Source of the DNA: Ruditapes philippinarum
Lineage: Eukaryota
Direction of reading: 5' to 3'
NCBI RefSeq assembly: GCF_026571515.1
Contig: NW_026858936.1
Span: 62,001 to 126,000 of the forward strand
Length of the DNA: 64,000 nucleotides
Within the stretch, counting starts at the first letter, position 1, and the number at the start of each line of letters is the position of its first letter. The notes beneath the pieces are model-generated. The model saw only the letters and a list, made by a program, of their open reading frames with translations, was not told where the DNA came from and did no database searches. A program made the translations under genes and the position numbers. This document shows positions 24,610-38,900 of this stretch, one piece after another.

Positions 24610-26557
24610 CTTTTAAAAGAATTGTTCTCGACAATAATTCATTTTGTATTAAGAAGTAAACGTCTGCTTAACATAAATGTATGAGTTAAATTTATATTAA
24701 ACTTCAATTTATATGTTTTTTTGTTACAGTACATAAAACAGTTCGGTTAAATAACTTCTCTAATTCCGTTGTTTTAGGCAATTTACAAACGAAATGCTAT
24801 ACACACTTTTACCAATTGATATGCAGCAATTTGCATTGAATTGTTTGCTGTATGGTAAAGGATAGCAATTGTATAAATTAATGGTACTTGTATATAGAGT
24901 AAATCCTTTTAATTTAGTGCCACTGTTTATATTTCAAAATATAACTCCTTCATTATTAAACAGAAATGCTTCTCTGATTATCAAATTTTATTGTCATTAT
25001 CTTTACCAAAACAGAGCATTATATTGTTCACATTTATGAAAAGAAATGCACAAACAGTTCATTTTCAACGCATTGAAATATTCATAAGGTATTGCCGACT
25101 TAATAACACGTATTGTCAGTACAAAATAAAATTGAAACAAGAGTACATTTTCTCATATTTTATTCAATGTCATATCGATTGTTCCATTTCACTTGTTTCA
25201 GGTATTAACGCTATTTCAGCATGCAGTGTAACAAAACTCAAGCAATGATAAAGACATGTTCCTCACTTCTATTGCGTGGCTCACAAATTAATAAAGACAT
25301 GCTGATAATTTAAACATTTCATTTATTGAAATTAAGTTGTAGCACTAGGGCGTTAATGACTGACTTAACAAACATACCCATGATTATCAAACGACTGACT
25401 ATATCAGTTACTTCATCAAATGAGTTATCTTTTCATATATTATAAATGAAACATTATATATAAACATTATGACAGATAGTAGTAATACAAAAAAAGAAGA
25501 ATATTGATTTAAATACATGTACTCTTAATTAATATGAAAGTAAAAAGTAGTTTTACATTATTCGTTCATTACATTTAGAGGGATGCTCTGTTGAAATCTA
25601 TTTGCAGATTTACTGTAAAACATTGAAGCCCAGTGACAAATGTTGTAAAAATATGTACTATTTACATGCCTACATTTAAGGGAACATCTAAACAATTTTC
25701 AAAGGTCTCAAAGAAGAACAGTACGAAGGTACTTAAAGAAGTTTCTAAACTTGATAAAATCTTTCCCTGGAATATCTACAACAGAGTGCCTTTGCAGTAA
25801 TTTGAACATTTAGTTTAAACTTTATATTTCACCAGTGACTGAAATAATTACGGAACAGACGTTTAGAATACTCAATTCACCTAGTTAACAATACCTCCTT
25901 GTGAATTGTCTATTATTTTTTGGCATCTTAACTTCTACTAATATCACCTTACTACTATTTTATGTAGAAGTGTAAGTGTCAAGCCTCTGAGATGAGCGAA
26001 GGTATTTTGCACTTTAAAATATAAATGCCATTAATAAAAATTATATTTAGAAATCATAACCTCAAATCGAAGTTATATTATCATCCTTTTTGAAGTTATA
26101 TCATCATCCTTTTTTTTCCAATCAAAATAAGTTTATATGGTTGCATCTTGTTCCTTTCTGGTTCATAGGACTCGATTGGATATAATTTTTCGAGCTTAAT
26201 GGGCTATCCTTGTAACCAGAGATCCCTTTGACCGATATCATTGTATTAATTAATATGTTTTAATAATAATAATAATAATATTAATCATTCTGCTTATTTT
26301 TAACTGAATAAAAATTGGTATTTTAATTAATACCCTTTTACAATATCTTGACATTTTTGTTAAATATAAATATGCTAGTAATTTTAAGTAACTTTTTGTG
26401 CTCTTGGTTATTATGTATTAGTTTTTTTATTGTGATAACTATCACGATTGTAATCTATGTCTTAACTTAAATCATAGTCGATATTTTAATTAATTAATTT
26501 TATTTTATAAAATTTTGTTTGCTAAACTGTTATTTACTATACATTTATGTATATCTA

Positions 26558-27975
26558 TATGGTGGCTGATTTCTGTAATTTCGTGTTTTCGCGTCTTCGC
26601 CCCGACAGTCGAAAGGCGAAGACACGAAAACATAACTATTTGTCGTTATTTCGACTTTTGCCTTTCTGGGCGAAGACACGAAAACATAAAACATTTTAGG
26701 CGAAATAACGAAGCTTTAACACGCGAAGGGACGAAAACTTCATTGTTTAAGTTTTCGTGTCGGCGGGGCGAAATCATCCGTGTCCGCGCCCTTTGCTTGT
26801 CGTGTCTTCACCTCGAAACGCGAAGGTCGAAATAACGAAAATATGGCAGACTTTCGTGTTGTCGTGATTTCGCCTCGAAACGCGAAAGTCGAAGTGACGA
26901 CAATGACATTGTTTCGTGTTCCGCCTTCCGATAGAGGCGATACTAAACTGCTGACGAATTAGCTGACACTATAGAATATATAGGAAACTGCTGACCACTT
27001 AAATAAAGAAGGATTATCGAAAACTGCTGACCAGTAAGATAAAGAAAGGAAAACATTGAAGGTTACAAATTGCCGTTGGTGATATTATAGGCGAGGTCGA
27101 GAGATACTCGATCAGATGTTTTTTTGTTTTTGTTGATATGATATTTAATTGCAGTATGATAATGAATTGTCTTCTTTGTGTTATATATTGGTTGACATTT
27201 AAATAATGCAGTCATAATATGGTGTACTTACATAAAAAACATATCATAATTTGTTTCAAATATGTATAAAACTATGTGTCATAGTTAAAATATACTGTAT
27301 ACATATATTATTGTATATATTTACAATTTATAATGATTATTTCGTATTGAGTGCAAATCTGAAATAAAATTGCATGGACAATAACAGGATTTTATCTTTT
27401 TCATCAATTGTGATGAGCCGGAAAATTAATCATATAATGGAATAATTGCACATTTTATTTATTTATTTTTTCGCTATTCATTAGAAACTCTAACTGGAAA
27501 AGAAAAATGAAAAAAATGCACGTAAATCTTCGTTATTTGTAAATTCGCACCTACCAAATACACAATATCCATATCGACATACCCCAATGTCATATATTAG
27601 TTTGAAGAAATTTCACACGTGTCATTCTTCATTTGTATTATAGTATGACAAAACACAATAAACAGTCCAAAATATGTTATTAAATGTGGACCATTTAGAT
27701 ATACATGTAAAGAGAAAACTATATTTTGCCGTGAACTTGTTATTCAATCTGCTGAACAGTTAGATATATATGGAAAATGCTGACCAGTTAGTTATATAGA
27801 GAAAAAATATTTTGCCGTGAAATTGTTACTCATTTTGTAATGTCTACAAGTTTGATATATTGTATAAAATTATGCCGACCGTTTAAGTTAGTAAAAACTG
27901 CTGACCAATTATTATAGAGAGAAAAAATGATATTTTGCCGTTAATTTCTTATTTGTTTTTTTATTTTTCTTATTA

Positions 27976-28037
<62 letters not shown>

Positions 28038-28984
28038 TCATGCATACTGCAAATCTTTTAAATTACATAACCATTATTACAAGGTTATATCTTTGTACAA
28101 TTTTTATACGATCTATGAATAAAATTTGCAATTTGTGTGTCTTTTGTATGAGTAATTGTTAAAACATTTTGTCAACATAACACCATTTTCTTCTCAATTC
28201 TGTTTGCAAAATTTGAAATTAAGTGTTACACAATCTGCATGTTACATATAGTTGTTTAAGCTTACCCCTATCTGTTGATGAAATATTAATAATCTATACA
28301 AATTTATCATATAAGATCTAGATCTATTGTGACTTTTTTCAGTACACATAAAAGAAGAAAAATAATAATAATAACAACAAACGATGATTAAAAATAAAAT
28401 AAATCTCAACTTTTACAGTCGTGTTAATTACACCCACGGCAACTTCACACCTTCACATGTTTTCATTCTTTATCTATGTGGTCAGCAGTTTATGATAATT
28501 ATTCTTTATTTAACTGGTCAGTAGTTTCCTATATATTTTATATCGTCAGCAAACGCGTCAGCATTTTAGTGCGAACCGCATTTGTGTACTCGTTCTGCGC
28601 ATGCCTACCGAAAGACAAAACCCAAAACAATGTCATTGTCGTTCCTTCGACTTTCGCGTTTTGGGGCGAAATCACGACAATACGAAAATCTGCCGTATTT
28701 TCGTTATTTCGACCTTCGTGTTTCGAGGCAAAGACACGAAGACAAGACAAAGAGCGCTGACACGAAAGATTTCGCCCCGCCGACACGAAAGCTTAAATAA
28801 TGAAATTTTCGTCACTTTGCGTGTTAAAGTTTCATTATTTCGACTAAAATGTTTCGTGTTTTCGTGTCTTCGCCCCGAATGGCAAAGTCGAAATAACGAC
28901 AAATAGGTATGTTTTCGTGTCTTCGCCTTTCGACTGTCGGGGCGAAGACGCGAAAACACGAAATGGCAGAAATCAGTCACTATA
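26558..28984. mobile_element. Foldback element with ~490-bp TIRs built from CGAAA/GAAGACACGAAA subrepeats
   Basis: TATGGTGGCTGATTTCTG at the left end vs CAGAAATCAGTCACTATA at the right end. Arms ~26558-27047 and ~28465-28984 are inverted copies, including the CTGCTGACCA subrepeats. Confidence 0.8.
27971..28036. repeat. (TAT)n microsatellite
   Basis: About 22 TAT units; source of the spurious poly-Tyr ORF. Confidence 0.95.
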
Positions 28985-30798
28985 ATTTCTATGTTTATGT
29001 AACCATGAGCAATAATGTTGCAAAAGAAATAATATTCTGCTTTAATATATTAGAACCTTTTTCTGTATTTTCGAAGGCGTTTTATATTTAATGTACACAT
29101 TAAGCCAATAACATTTTTTACAAACCAGTCGGATGTGCAAGTTGGTCTGGCTCTATACCAATATGTATATCTCGGTCACTGTCGCAGTTAATGGCCAAAG
29201 TGGCAATGACTGATAAAACATTAGCCGTACTTTGTCATTTCTTTAACAACAACATTTTAAGGAGAATGGCATAATAATGGAATAATAATGGGACAATGAT
29301 GGGATAATGATGGCAATTTAATGTTTTGATATTATTATCATTACATAGACAGTGATTTAATCCAGTCATTAGTTCATCAACGAAGGCCTTCTGTCATATC
29401 AACAATATGATTAAGTAAAAACACCAAGGAGATCGGCTGGCCATCAAAGAGCTAATCCTAAAATGTGTTCAACCTGCAAAATTTGACTTAACAAAATATA
29501 TGTTTTCTTAATGATGCTATTAAAAGGTATATTGTTCAGCTTTAACATAGATTAGGTAATGTCGTTTGTATATATACTGTACAATTATGTAAGGGTAAAA
29601 AGATAGAATATGGTTTAGTAGCAGACCGATTAGAAAGTGTCCAATGATTTTTTATAAATACTATATCCATGAAATAATTTGGAATACTTAAAAGTATTAG
29701 AAAGCAATAAGGAAAAGAAAGACACAAATACTCCGGTGCATCTGTTTATATCAATATTGGATATTTTATCCAGAACTATTGACAGGGAAATAAGGCAAGT
29801 ATATACATTTTCAGTAACAAGTTATTGCTATTGCTATAACTGTAAATTTTAAATTTGGGACAAAGAATGAAGATAAAAATTGTGCTTCATATGTCCTATA
29901 TGTAGATTGCATTAATAACATGTCATTCCATATGATCATACAAACACTCTATAATGTACTAAACGTGCAATAATAAAGCATCATATAAATTCATTGGAAT
30001 TATGTCTTATTAGAGCGTTTCACACCGTTGAATACAATACCGAATGAAACTGAAAGAGTAAGCAGATGTTAAATCGTTATTGGTCCATGTGCTAGTCGAA
30101 TCTAATACAGGTTTTGCAGCTGTTACGATTGTTACAGAGTAGGTATTGTATTCAACACATTAGGATGGCTCCTTTGTTTCACACAACCATGTTTTGACAT
30201 TATGACAGACCACTGTTACTTCTAGTACAATAAGTATTGATATAGACCTATTATATTCTGAAATATAAAAAAAACGTACAAGAAGGAGAGAACAATAGAG
30301 ATTTGACATGGAGAGTTTTTGACTCAGAAAACGAATTCAAGCTTAATAAATAAGATTGAATACAATAATGAATTATATTTGGAAATCACGTGAAACAAAT
30401 GTTGGAAATTCATTGTTTACACATGTATAGGTATAAAATAAATAATTACATAAAAATGTGCAAAATGTACATTGATGCTTTCAAATATTGCATAGACTTA
30501 AATGCATGTCTTTTTTGTTATCTTATTTCCTATCGAGGGACATATCCGTATATATAAAAATATGCAAACATTAGCATTTCATGATGCACTGTCAATCATT
30601 GTAAACATCTCATTCCAATCAATACAATAATTCATATTACATGCGAAAAATATACAAGATATAGTTATTAAAGTTCTACTTTTAAACATTTATCATCGTG
30701 AAATTTAAATTTATTATCTAATTTAAAATGTTTATTTCAGATTTTAAATTGTGAAGTGAAAACTCTTTTGGCATAGGCTTGTTTTATACAGCATAAGC

Positions 30799-32065
30799 AT
30801 GAACAACAATACCGATTTGCCCAAAGGCACATTACCAGATTGGGTGTATGTTGAACAAGTTGCATTTTCTGGTATCATCGCTTTAATTGGAACACCTGGC
30901 AACATCTTGATTATTCTCGTGTTCTCCAATTCGCCAGAAAAATCGTCGACAGACTATATGGTATTTGCAATGGCTATATCAGATCTTCTTGGGTCCATTG
31001 TTTGTACAACGTTAAATATACTCAGACATATTCCTGTTTTATGGGAAAATATAGGATCGATGTGGTTTTGTCGAGCGTATGATTTCTTTACATCTTATAC
31101 AGTGACAATTTCAGCATGGGTTCTTGGTGTGGTCGCCATTGACAGGTACATGAAAACTTGCCGACCTTTATCTGATGCCTTTTCTGCTTCGAGAATTAAA
31201 ATACTATGTAAAGCAGTTTACATATTAGTTTTAGTTCTTCTGATGCCTTCGTTTGGCGTTGAGCGCTTTGATGTCAGCACAGGTGCTTGTTTACTCAACG
31301 ATTATGAATCTGTTTGGAGCATATTTATGTACGTTATCTCGTTTCTCTGTTGCGTTAGCTACATTATAACTGCGGTGGCTTATATTCGCATTGCTGTGGC
31401 GTTAGGTAGTCGACTGAGAAAGAAACAAAACAGAAACCTTGGCATGAAAGAAAATACGAGTGAGTAACTTTGAATGTTTCTAATATAAAAAATGAAAATA
31501 AAACACTGTTATTTGGCTCATTAAATTTTGTTTAAATATGCCAATTTTCGTGTATTTGATAAGTGCACAAGTTAAAGTCATAATAACTTTACATGTTGCT
31601 TGCTGTAATTCTGTTTATTTTATATTTTACTAAAAAGAAAAAAGATTCTTAATTACCTTGAATTAAGCAATATGTTTTAGCCTTTTTGATACCTTTAATT
31701 ACATATTTTGTATAAAAATTTCATTTCTGATGAACAGTATTCATTCGCTTTATTCAACCTTTGATTTTATGTTTCATCTATTTATAGTACAAGCTAGCGG
31801 TCTTCTCCAAGAACAGAAGAAAGTCAATCGTACTACAGTCATTATGTTTCTGATTACGTTGATCAACGTTTTCTCAGTGGTACTTACATACTTTGGTTAT
31901 TTACACGCTGGAGACAGATTATATCTTCCGGAAGGAGTGCGTGAGGTTCTAGGCTACACGACTCACACAACATATTTGGTGACGTATATTGCAAACCCTA
32001 TACTGTATATCATGATGAGTTCGAAATTTCGAGAAGGCATGAGAAAACTATTCCAGAAAGTTTAG
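30799..32065 (+). CDS. Orphan rhodopsin-like (class A) GPCR, 2 coding exons (~312 aa)
   Basis: Exons 30799-31459 and 31788-32065 (gtgagt...tatag, phase 1, in ICL3); 939 nt. N-terminal sequon NNT, TM1 GN, TM2 AISDLL, DRY, ECL Cys, TM7 NPILY and helix 8 SSKFRE. An upstream acceptor at 30731-30740 implies a non-coding first exon. Confidence 0.9.
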
Positions 32066-34341
32066 AAGTCTTAAGGAGGACGATGGCATGATACCATACT
32101 AATGTCCACTGGAAGGCACCTGACAGTGATGCATTACAGCTTTCGTTATCGCTTTATTATATATTTTTTTAATAGATTCATCTGGAAACGAAATGCAAAA
32201 AATGGGTGATTTTCTGTGAAACAGAAGTTGAAAAGACAAAAAATAAAGGATATTTAAATGTGACAGTTACTGTAGTTAAACTTTACTGCGAAGAACTCTT
32301 ATTTTTTCATTTCATCCTATGTATGTCTCTCTGTCTGTCTGCCTGTCTGTCTGTGTGTGTGTTATGTTTTCGTTTACTTTGGCAATCGTTATTTGTTTTA
32401 TATATTGTTATATAGAGTGCACGTTGTATAAATAATTAGGAAATGTATCTATTTTTGCACTTAATTAAGAAAAACTTTTGTAACATAATTATGTTTCATT
32501 TAATGCAAATAGAATTTGATTGATGTATATATATACTCCTACTGAGCAATAAAAAATGATTGGAATTCATTATACTGTAACTGAGAAAACCTTTCTATAA
32601 TTGAAATATCAATACCACAAGTTGATTTTAGAGATCATTTCCTCTACTGGCTCTGAACTTTCTAATTATTCTTATGAAAATCTCTGGTTATCGTTTGAAT
32701 TTTTGGTCGTCTGCCGAATAATTGAAAACCAAATTGTTTCTATTTGCTGACATATATTCTTTCAACGTTGTATTTTATTTCTCTCTGCTGGTCTCTCATA
32801 CATTGGAGTGTGTTCGTTGGTCCTGAACATTCTGATACGTTCAAAACGTTTTCCATACATTTTCCATACATTTTAAGCATGTTTAGCTTTGAACTTGATC
32901 AGAACCTCATCGTTTTGTCATTTTGTCCAACGCTGACAATGACCTTTAAATTAATTCCAATTTTCAGCTCACCATCGGGACATTTTGTTGCAATAAAGAA
33001 TTATTTCTGATTCGCAGAATTGTATTTGAAATCAAAATTATTTACTTGCTTATATTGATTGATGAAGAGCAAAGATGACACCTCTGTTTTGATTGACACT
33101 GTGAAAGTAATGCTAATGGGTTTTCAAATATTACGCTGTAACCTCAATTAACACTTCAAATTGCACATATATATATATTTTCATAATAGTGTATACACTT
33201 TGATTGATTTCATATGGGCCTAAACAGTATTCAGTATCACATGACGGGTTATTCTAATTATATTTAAAGAATGTTTTAGCACATGGTTACGAAAAACTTA
33301 TAACAACATAACATTAACAATTCTTAACACTGAAGCCACATAGCTACTCTGATAAATCGCACAATTCATACAAAGTTATTACATTCCTTGATCATTTAAT
33401 ATCTGTAATGCTCATTCCAATCAGTCAAAAAAAGGAAAATACATTTATTATATGTAGTACAGCATATCCCGTAATAGAAACGTGGCTTCTATCAAAACAC
33501 ACATGTATCCATGTTACGCATGAATATATTGTAAAAATGGTAAATTGGAAAATCCCATGAGCAAGTCTTAAAAGCTTGAGTCGTTGCAGGTTACGATACT
33601 GAAAGCAATGATAGAGACGAGACGTAAATAACAAATTTGGATCTGAAACCTATAATGAACCTTAATATCCAAGTTTTACTATAATCCTTTCTTTCATCGA
33701 CACATGTTTAAAGCATTAACACGGTGAAATATCCATGACATTAAATCAGCACTCTGTGTACAAAATCCATTATATCGTTGAAAAATTGCTAGAAATAATG
33801 TTGGTAGTATGATGTTTCTTAGTATAGTATCACTAAAATCATTTCCCATGCTTACAAATGTATCATGATAGATAAATTATATACCAACAGCATACTTTTC
33901 GCGTTACGTGTTTATGTCATGTTTGTTAAATATGATCTATCATTTGATTAAAACTCAATTGCTCGGAAATTATTAATATTCGTTTTTTTCTAAGTGTTAC
34001 GTACGTTATGAAAATTCGTATTTTTCATTCATGAGTAATATGTTTACAAAACAAAAAACCTTATAACCATCGAATTTAATGAGAAAAAACAATCTAACAG
34101 AGCTTTAATAAGAATCTTACAGAGCTTTAATAAGAATATATCTAGATTCAACCCAAACAACAATTTGTATATCACGTATACTTATATCAAAAATGTGCAA
34201 TCATATTCATGTAATACATTTTGAGGAGGCTGACAGTAAGCGGACAACACTACATTCGGAGTTGAAGTAGGGCAGCATGCTACTGCATTGGACAGAGATC
34301 CTAAGGAACTACATTTGGAGCTGTATTAGATTTATCATCTA

Positions 34342-35900
34342 CACTGAGAGGATGTTCTAACTAGACTTTTGGTTAATCAGCTTTATTTGTATGTATTGAT
34401 CAATTTAGGTTATATTTCGGATATTTATCACTACACATAAGATGCATACTTCTGTAGAATTTTATTCAAATCACATTGCGATAAAATGTCAAACTTAACA
34501 GAAAAAAACAGTCTTATAAAAAGTCAAAGTCGCAAAATGGCGGCAAAATAACAATGTGAAAAGTCACTCAACAATATCACTTAACTGTCCTGGTAAAACT
34601 CTCTGGTTTAATATTTGGTGTGACCACCTCTAGCTCTCAGTAAGTGAGCACATCGTTGTCTCATCGACATAACATAGTTTGAAATAGTCTGCTGAGGAAT
34701 GTTGGCCCATTCTTGGATCAGCATCTGCTCTAACTGAACAAGATTTGCGGGCGGATTCGGTCCGTTCCGAACACGGCGGCCAAGTTCATCCCACAAATGC
34801 TCAATGGGGTTCATGTCCGGGGATTTAGACGGCCATGGAAGAACTCTCACTTGTTGCTGTCGTAGAAGCCTCTCCGTAGTCGCAGCTGTGTGCGGGGTCG
34901 CCCCATCCTGCATCAGAACCATACCTCGCCCACCGGCACGCAGGTGAGGAATGGCCTCCGGAATCAAAATCTCCTGTTGATATCTCAAAGCGTTGAGATT
35001 ACCACGGATGACTACGAGGTTGGTCTTAGTATGAAAGGAAATCCCAGCCCAAACCATCAGCGATCCCCCACCGTAGTGGTCACGCTCGTGAACGCCGCTG
35101 TCGTTTAAACGCTCGCCTCGACGCCTATAGACGCCCATCCTGCCGTCACTGTTTTTCAAGTTGAAACGGCTTTCGTCTGTGAATAAGACGTTGGCCCATT
35201 CAGCACGAGTCATTCTCTGGTGACTGCGGGCCCATTGCTCACGTCTTCGGCGATGTACGTCGGTAAGTACAAGGCCACGAAACGGCCTCCTTGCTCTTAT
35301 ACCATGATCAAGGAGGCGGTTAAGTACCGTTTTCTGGCTTATTGATCTGTTATGAGTGCCTATCGTCTGCCTGGCGGTTGAAGCTGCAGTTCTAAAACGG
35401 TTGTTAAGGTGATCAGCAACAATCTGTGCATCTTGTGCTGGAGTTGTCACTTTTCTGCGAGGTTGCCTGCGCTCATCTTCAACACGACCTATGCGCTGGA
35501 ACTTGGTGAAGAGTTTGATGATTGTAGAGACATGCCTGCCAAAAATTCGAGCAACCTGCAGAGAGAACAGAAGACATGCAACTTCATATCATATCTGTAC
35601 ATTTTCTAAGCTATAAATGCTAAAATAATTTGATTAAATATTGTTATTTACAATAAATTATTTCACGAAGAATGATTTAATACCATATTTAGATGAACGG
35701 AATATTTTAATGATGAATACCTGTACTCGTGATGAGCCAGCCTGTAACATGCCAATTGTGCGAGCGCAATATATACTTTTATATTTTATGGAGCAATACT
35801 TGATAAAGTATTGATTGTATTTTTTTAATTTTATTATCGGCATGAGTTGTTTACGTTCCATTTTCATTTATCAAATGGGATCTTAAACGTGCATTTTGCA
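34342..35900 (-). mobile_element. Tc1/mariner (Tc1, DD34E) transposon; only one candidate TIR visible
   Basis: Carries the transposase ORF. TA+CACTGAGAGGATG at 34340 looks like a Tc1 terminus. I could not find the matching end, so the right boundary is approximate. Confidence 0.75.
34608..35843 (-). CDS. Tc1-family transposase with one intron (~356 aa)
   Basis: Exons 35721-35843 and 34608-35555 (GT-AG, phase 0, 165 nt). Motifs: paired-like HTH TIGMLQAG..VARIFG, VLFTDESRF, GGGSLMVWAGI, QDGATPH, SPDMNPIEHLW; 34 residues between the second D and the E; ends ARGGHTKY. Confidence 0.9.
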
Positions 35901-38900
35901 GGGAAAATACAATTTTATAAAATAGCATGCTTGTCCATGATTTAACTATGAGCTAGTCGAATCAGCCCAATCATTTATATTCTTTTTTTGCGTATTAACA
36001 TTTTCAGTCGGAGGTTATCTGGTTTTCACTAGAGCAGGCTTCATAACATCTAAATACATTTAAGTCATGAATAAAATTTTGTGCGTTGTTTTCTTGCATC
36101 CATTTACTGTTTATCAGTAACATGAAGGCGTAACATTGAAGACTCCGCAAAGATATATACAATTTTATGAATAGTTGCTTGCATCTATCAACAGGCCAAA
36201 TCAAATCGAGCAACATTTTTATTTATGTCGTTTTGGGCTTTCTATAGGGATAACATTATTTTCCTGTGAAATACACAGGGATGAACTGAATGAAGTTTCT
36301 ATTGGTCAAGTCACTGCAGTTTCTCTCTAGCAGCACGCGAAAGCAAGAAGTGTATCAAGTCATACGTCATGGAACAGACATGAATGAAAAATACCTGCTC
36401 ACGAGCGGATGCAGTTATTTTTCCATCCAAAATTATTATCACAAAAAAATCAGGTGACAGTTTTAAGTTTACTATAATTGTAAAACAATTCCAAGCGGAG
36501 CCTAATCAAAAGGGGACTAACAAAAGACGATAATCTAAATCATTTTATGTAGTTAAGTCAATACCATATAACCACTCTTTACCAGCGATATGGTGGAATA
36601 TGCCGAGCCAGATCAGAAGGGTAAAGTAGTGGAAATTAAGTTTATTTCTGCCATTTCTGTACTAAATATTTTCATATCTACTAACTGGTCTTGTTAGTTT
36701 GTTTGTTTTAGTTTATCGGCGACATTGGCACATTTCTGGTCATACCGAAGAGTAAATTGAGTAGGCCTAAAAATACTTGGTACATGTCAATTAGTACAGG
36801 TTTATTAACTTTAAGTAAACAATATGGATTATGCATGGGACTTAGCAGGCTCGAAAAAGTCTATCACGAACATGTGCAAGATCATGACATTCAAGGAAGA
36901 AATGTTTGACTGTAAAATGTACATTGCAAGCTGTACAAAAAGGAGCATCGTCTCCTGTTTGGTAAGAATGTTTAACTCTAGGAAGTCCACTTCTACACCT
37001 AAGAAGAGCAACTTGGTTATGGACAGATAGAGATTGTTATTTATTAAGACAATAATTGATATCATGAAGCTTATTTAATGCAGCTTTGTCCCATTTTTTT
37101 TCAATTCAGGTTAAACAAGTTAAAGTATTGAGGGTTTAAAATTTCTAGTCGGTAATTTAAAGATACTTAAGCAAAAATACAAAGCATCTACTTTTCCTTG
37201 TATTCCTACATGGTTTGGTTTGAGATCAAACATAACTTGACTGATTTGATCTTTTGAAGAAATCAAGAAATCCTGATAACTTGCAGTTTCGTAACCAATA
37301 CGCTTCTTAATCATTGTAAAATTTATTGAATACACAGGCTTTATGCTAACATTAATGCTATTTAACCCTGTCAATTTGATTGCGGGAACAGCTTTCGGCA
37401 AAAGTTTGCTTTTACTATTTAAGCTTTAAATAACCAAATCACAGGGCAAAATGCGATGCTTTTCACATTACAGATTTGCAAGCGGGTCTGCATCTGTACT
37501 GGTATATAAGCAAGGAATGGTAACCGCATTCGGTCAAAGTGTTAATAACTGATTAAGGATAAGCCCATTTCCTGAGTGAAAAAATGATGACAATTTAATG
37601 ATAATATTTATATTATAGTCATTATTACAGTCAATGATTTGATCCTGTAATTAGTTAACCAACTGCTTTAGCAAGACTATTGTTTTGATTATATTTCAAG
37701 GAACCTTTACTTGACAAACAAATCCAGGAATATACGTTTTATTCGAAACTACTATGAATAACCAAAATGTCAAATTTCATAAGACACATATCACATAGCA
37801 AAAATGTGTTCCTAGTCTTTAAAATGGTAAATGTGTGTAATGCATGAGTCAAGCTTTGAATTTTAAACAGTACATTTAAAGGTCAGGAGACTTGCATGGA
37901 TCTATACTGGCAGAAAAGGGATAAAGGTAAACGATACTTTGAAATAATGCTAATCTACATAATATACGAATATGTTGAATATAGATATTTACAATTATTG
38001 TATTTTGATGAAGACTATTTAGGTGCTGATCAAAGAGTGTGTTTCCCTTAATTTCACAAATACTTGCTTCATCTGAACGTTGTCTTGAAACTCAAGTAAG
38101 AATAATAGATTATGATAATTCCGTAAGGCATCTACATGAATATTTGATTATTTGGTTAACTATTTTAAGAAGTCGTTGGCGTACGTTTTGCCACCGGCAA
38201 TGATGTAAAATTGTTAGTTAAATATCCGAAACGCACCAAACTTCTCGTTTGAAGGCTTATTATGCTTCAAAAACGTATAAAATGTCTAATTCAAAAGGAA
38301 AATATGTGTTCAATAAAGTTTAAGTAATATTTTAGCACGTTTATAATATAAATCTCACGACAAGGAAACAGCGCTGATTGTGAAATAGTTTGTCTATAAA
38401 GTAGCAAAATGTAAAGAAAGTAGTATAGTTGTGACTTTCCTGTAAAATACTATAAAAGAACAAAAGAAGAATGACCATGACAATACACAAAAAGCTTTTG
38501 ATAAAAAATGTTGAGCATGATATACTTTGAATTTGGACGTCATGTGACGTCAGATATGACGTCAATGAAACAAATAACATCAAGAAAAATACGTCAACGC
38601 TATAGGGGTTAACAACTGTTATCAATCTCTTTTCATTAGTTTTTCTTTGCTCAAATGCCTTGTCACTGATCACTCAAGTAGCTATATGCCTGCGCAATAA
38701 ATAACAATTAGATTGTGCGCAAGAACGGACATGACGCCCACAGACACGTGAAATCAATTGTTTTTTCTGTTCCGTGTTAGTTGTTTAGTTTGCTTGGATT
38801 TTGTTGGGTACTGCGTTATTTGGTTGCCACCTTTTGTTGTTGATCTTTATTGTCAAACCTTTCGAAACAAACGTTATATCCATGACCTCATAAAGCTACA

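Noticed and set aside
25170-25850. Candidate upstream exons for the orphan TM gene
   Set aside because: Several weak splice-site and frame options exist, none distinguishable without transcript data.
26515-29091. Cluster of overlapping 60-106 aa ORFs
   Set aside because: They lie in the stop-poor repeat arms of a foldback element; the poly-Tyr ORF comes from (TAT)n.
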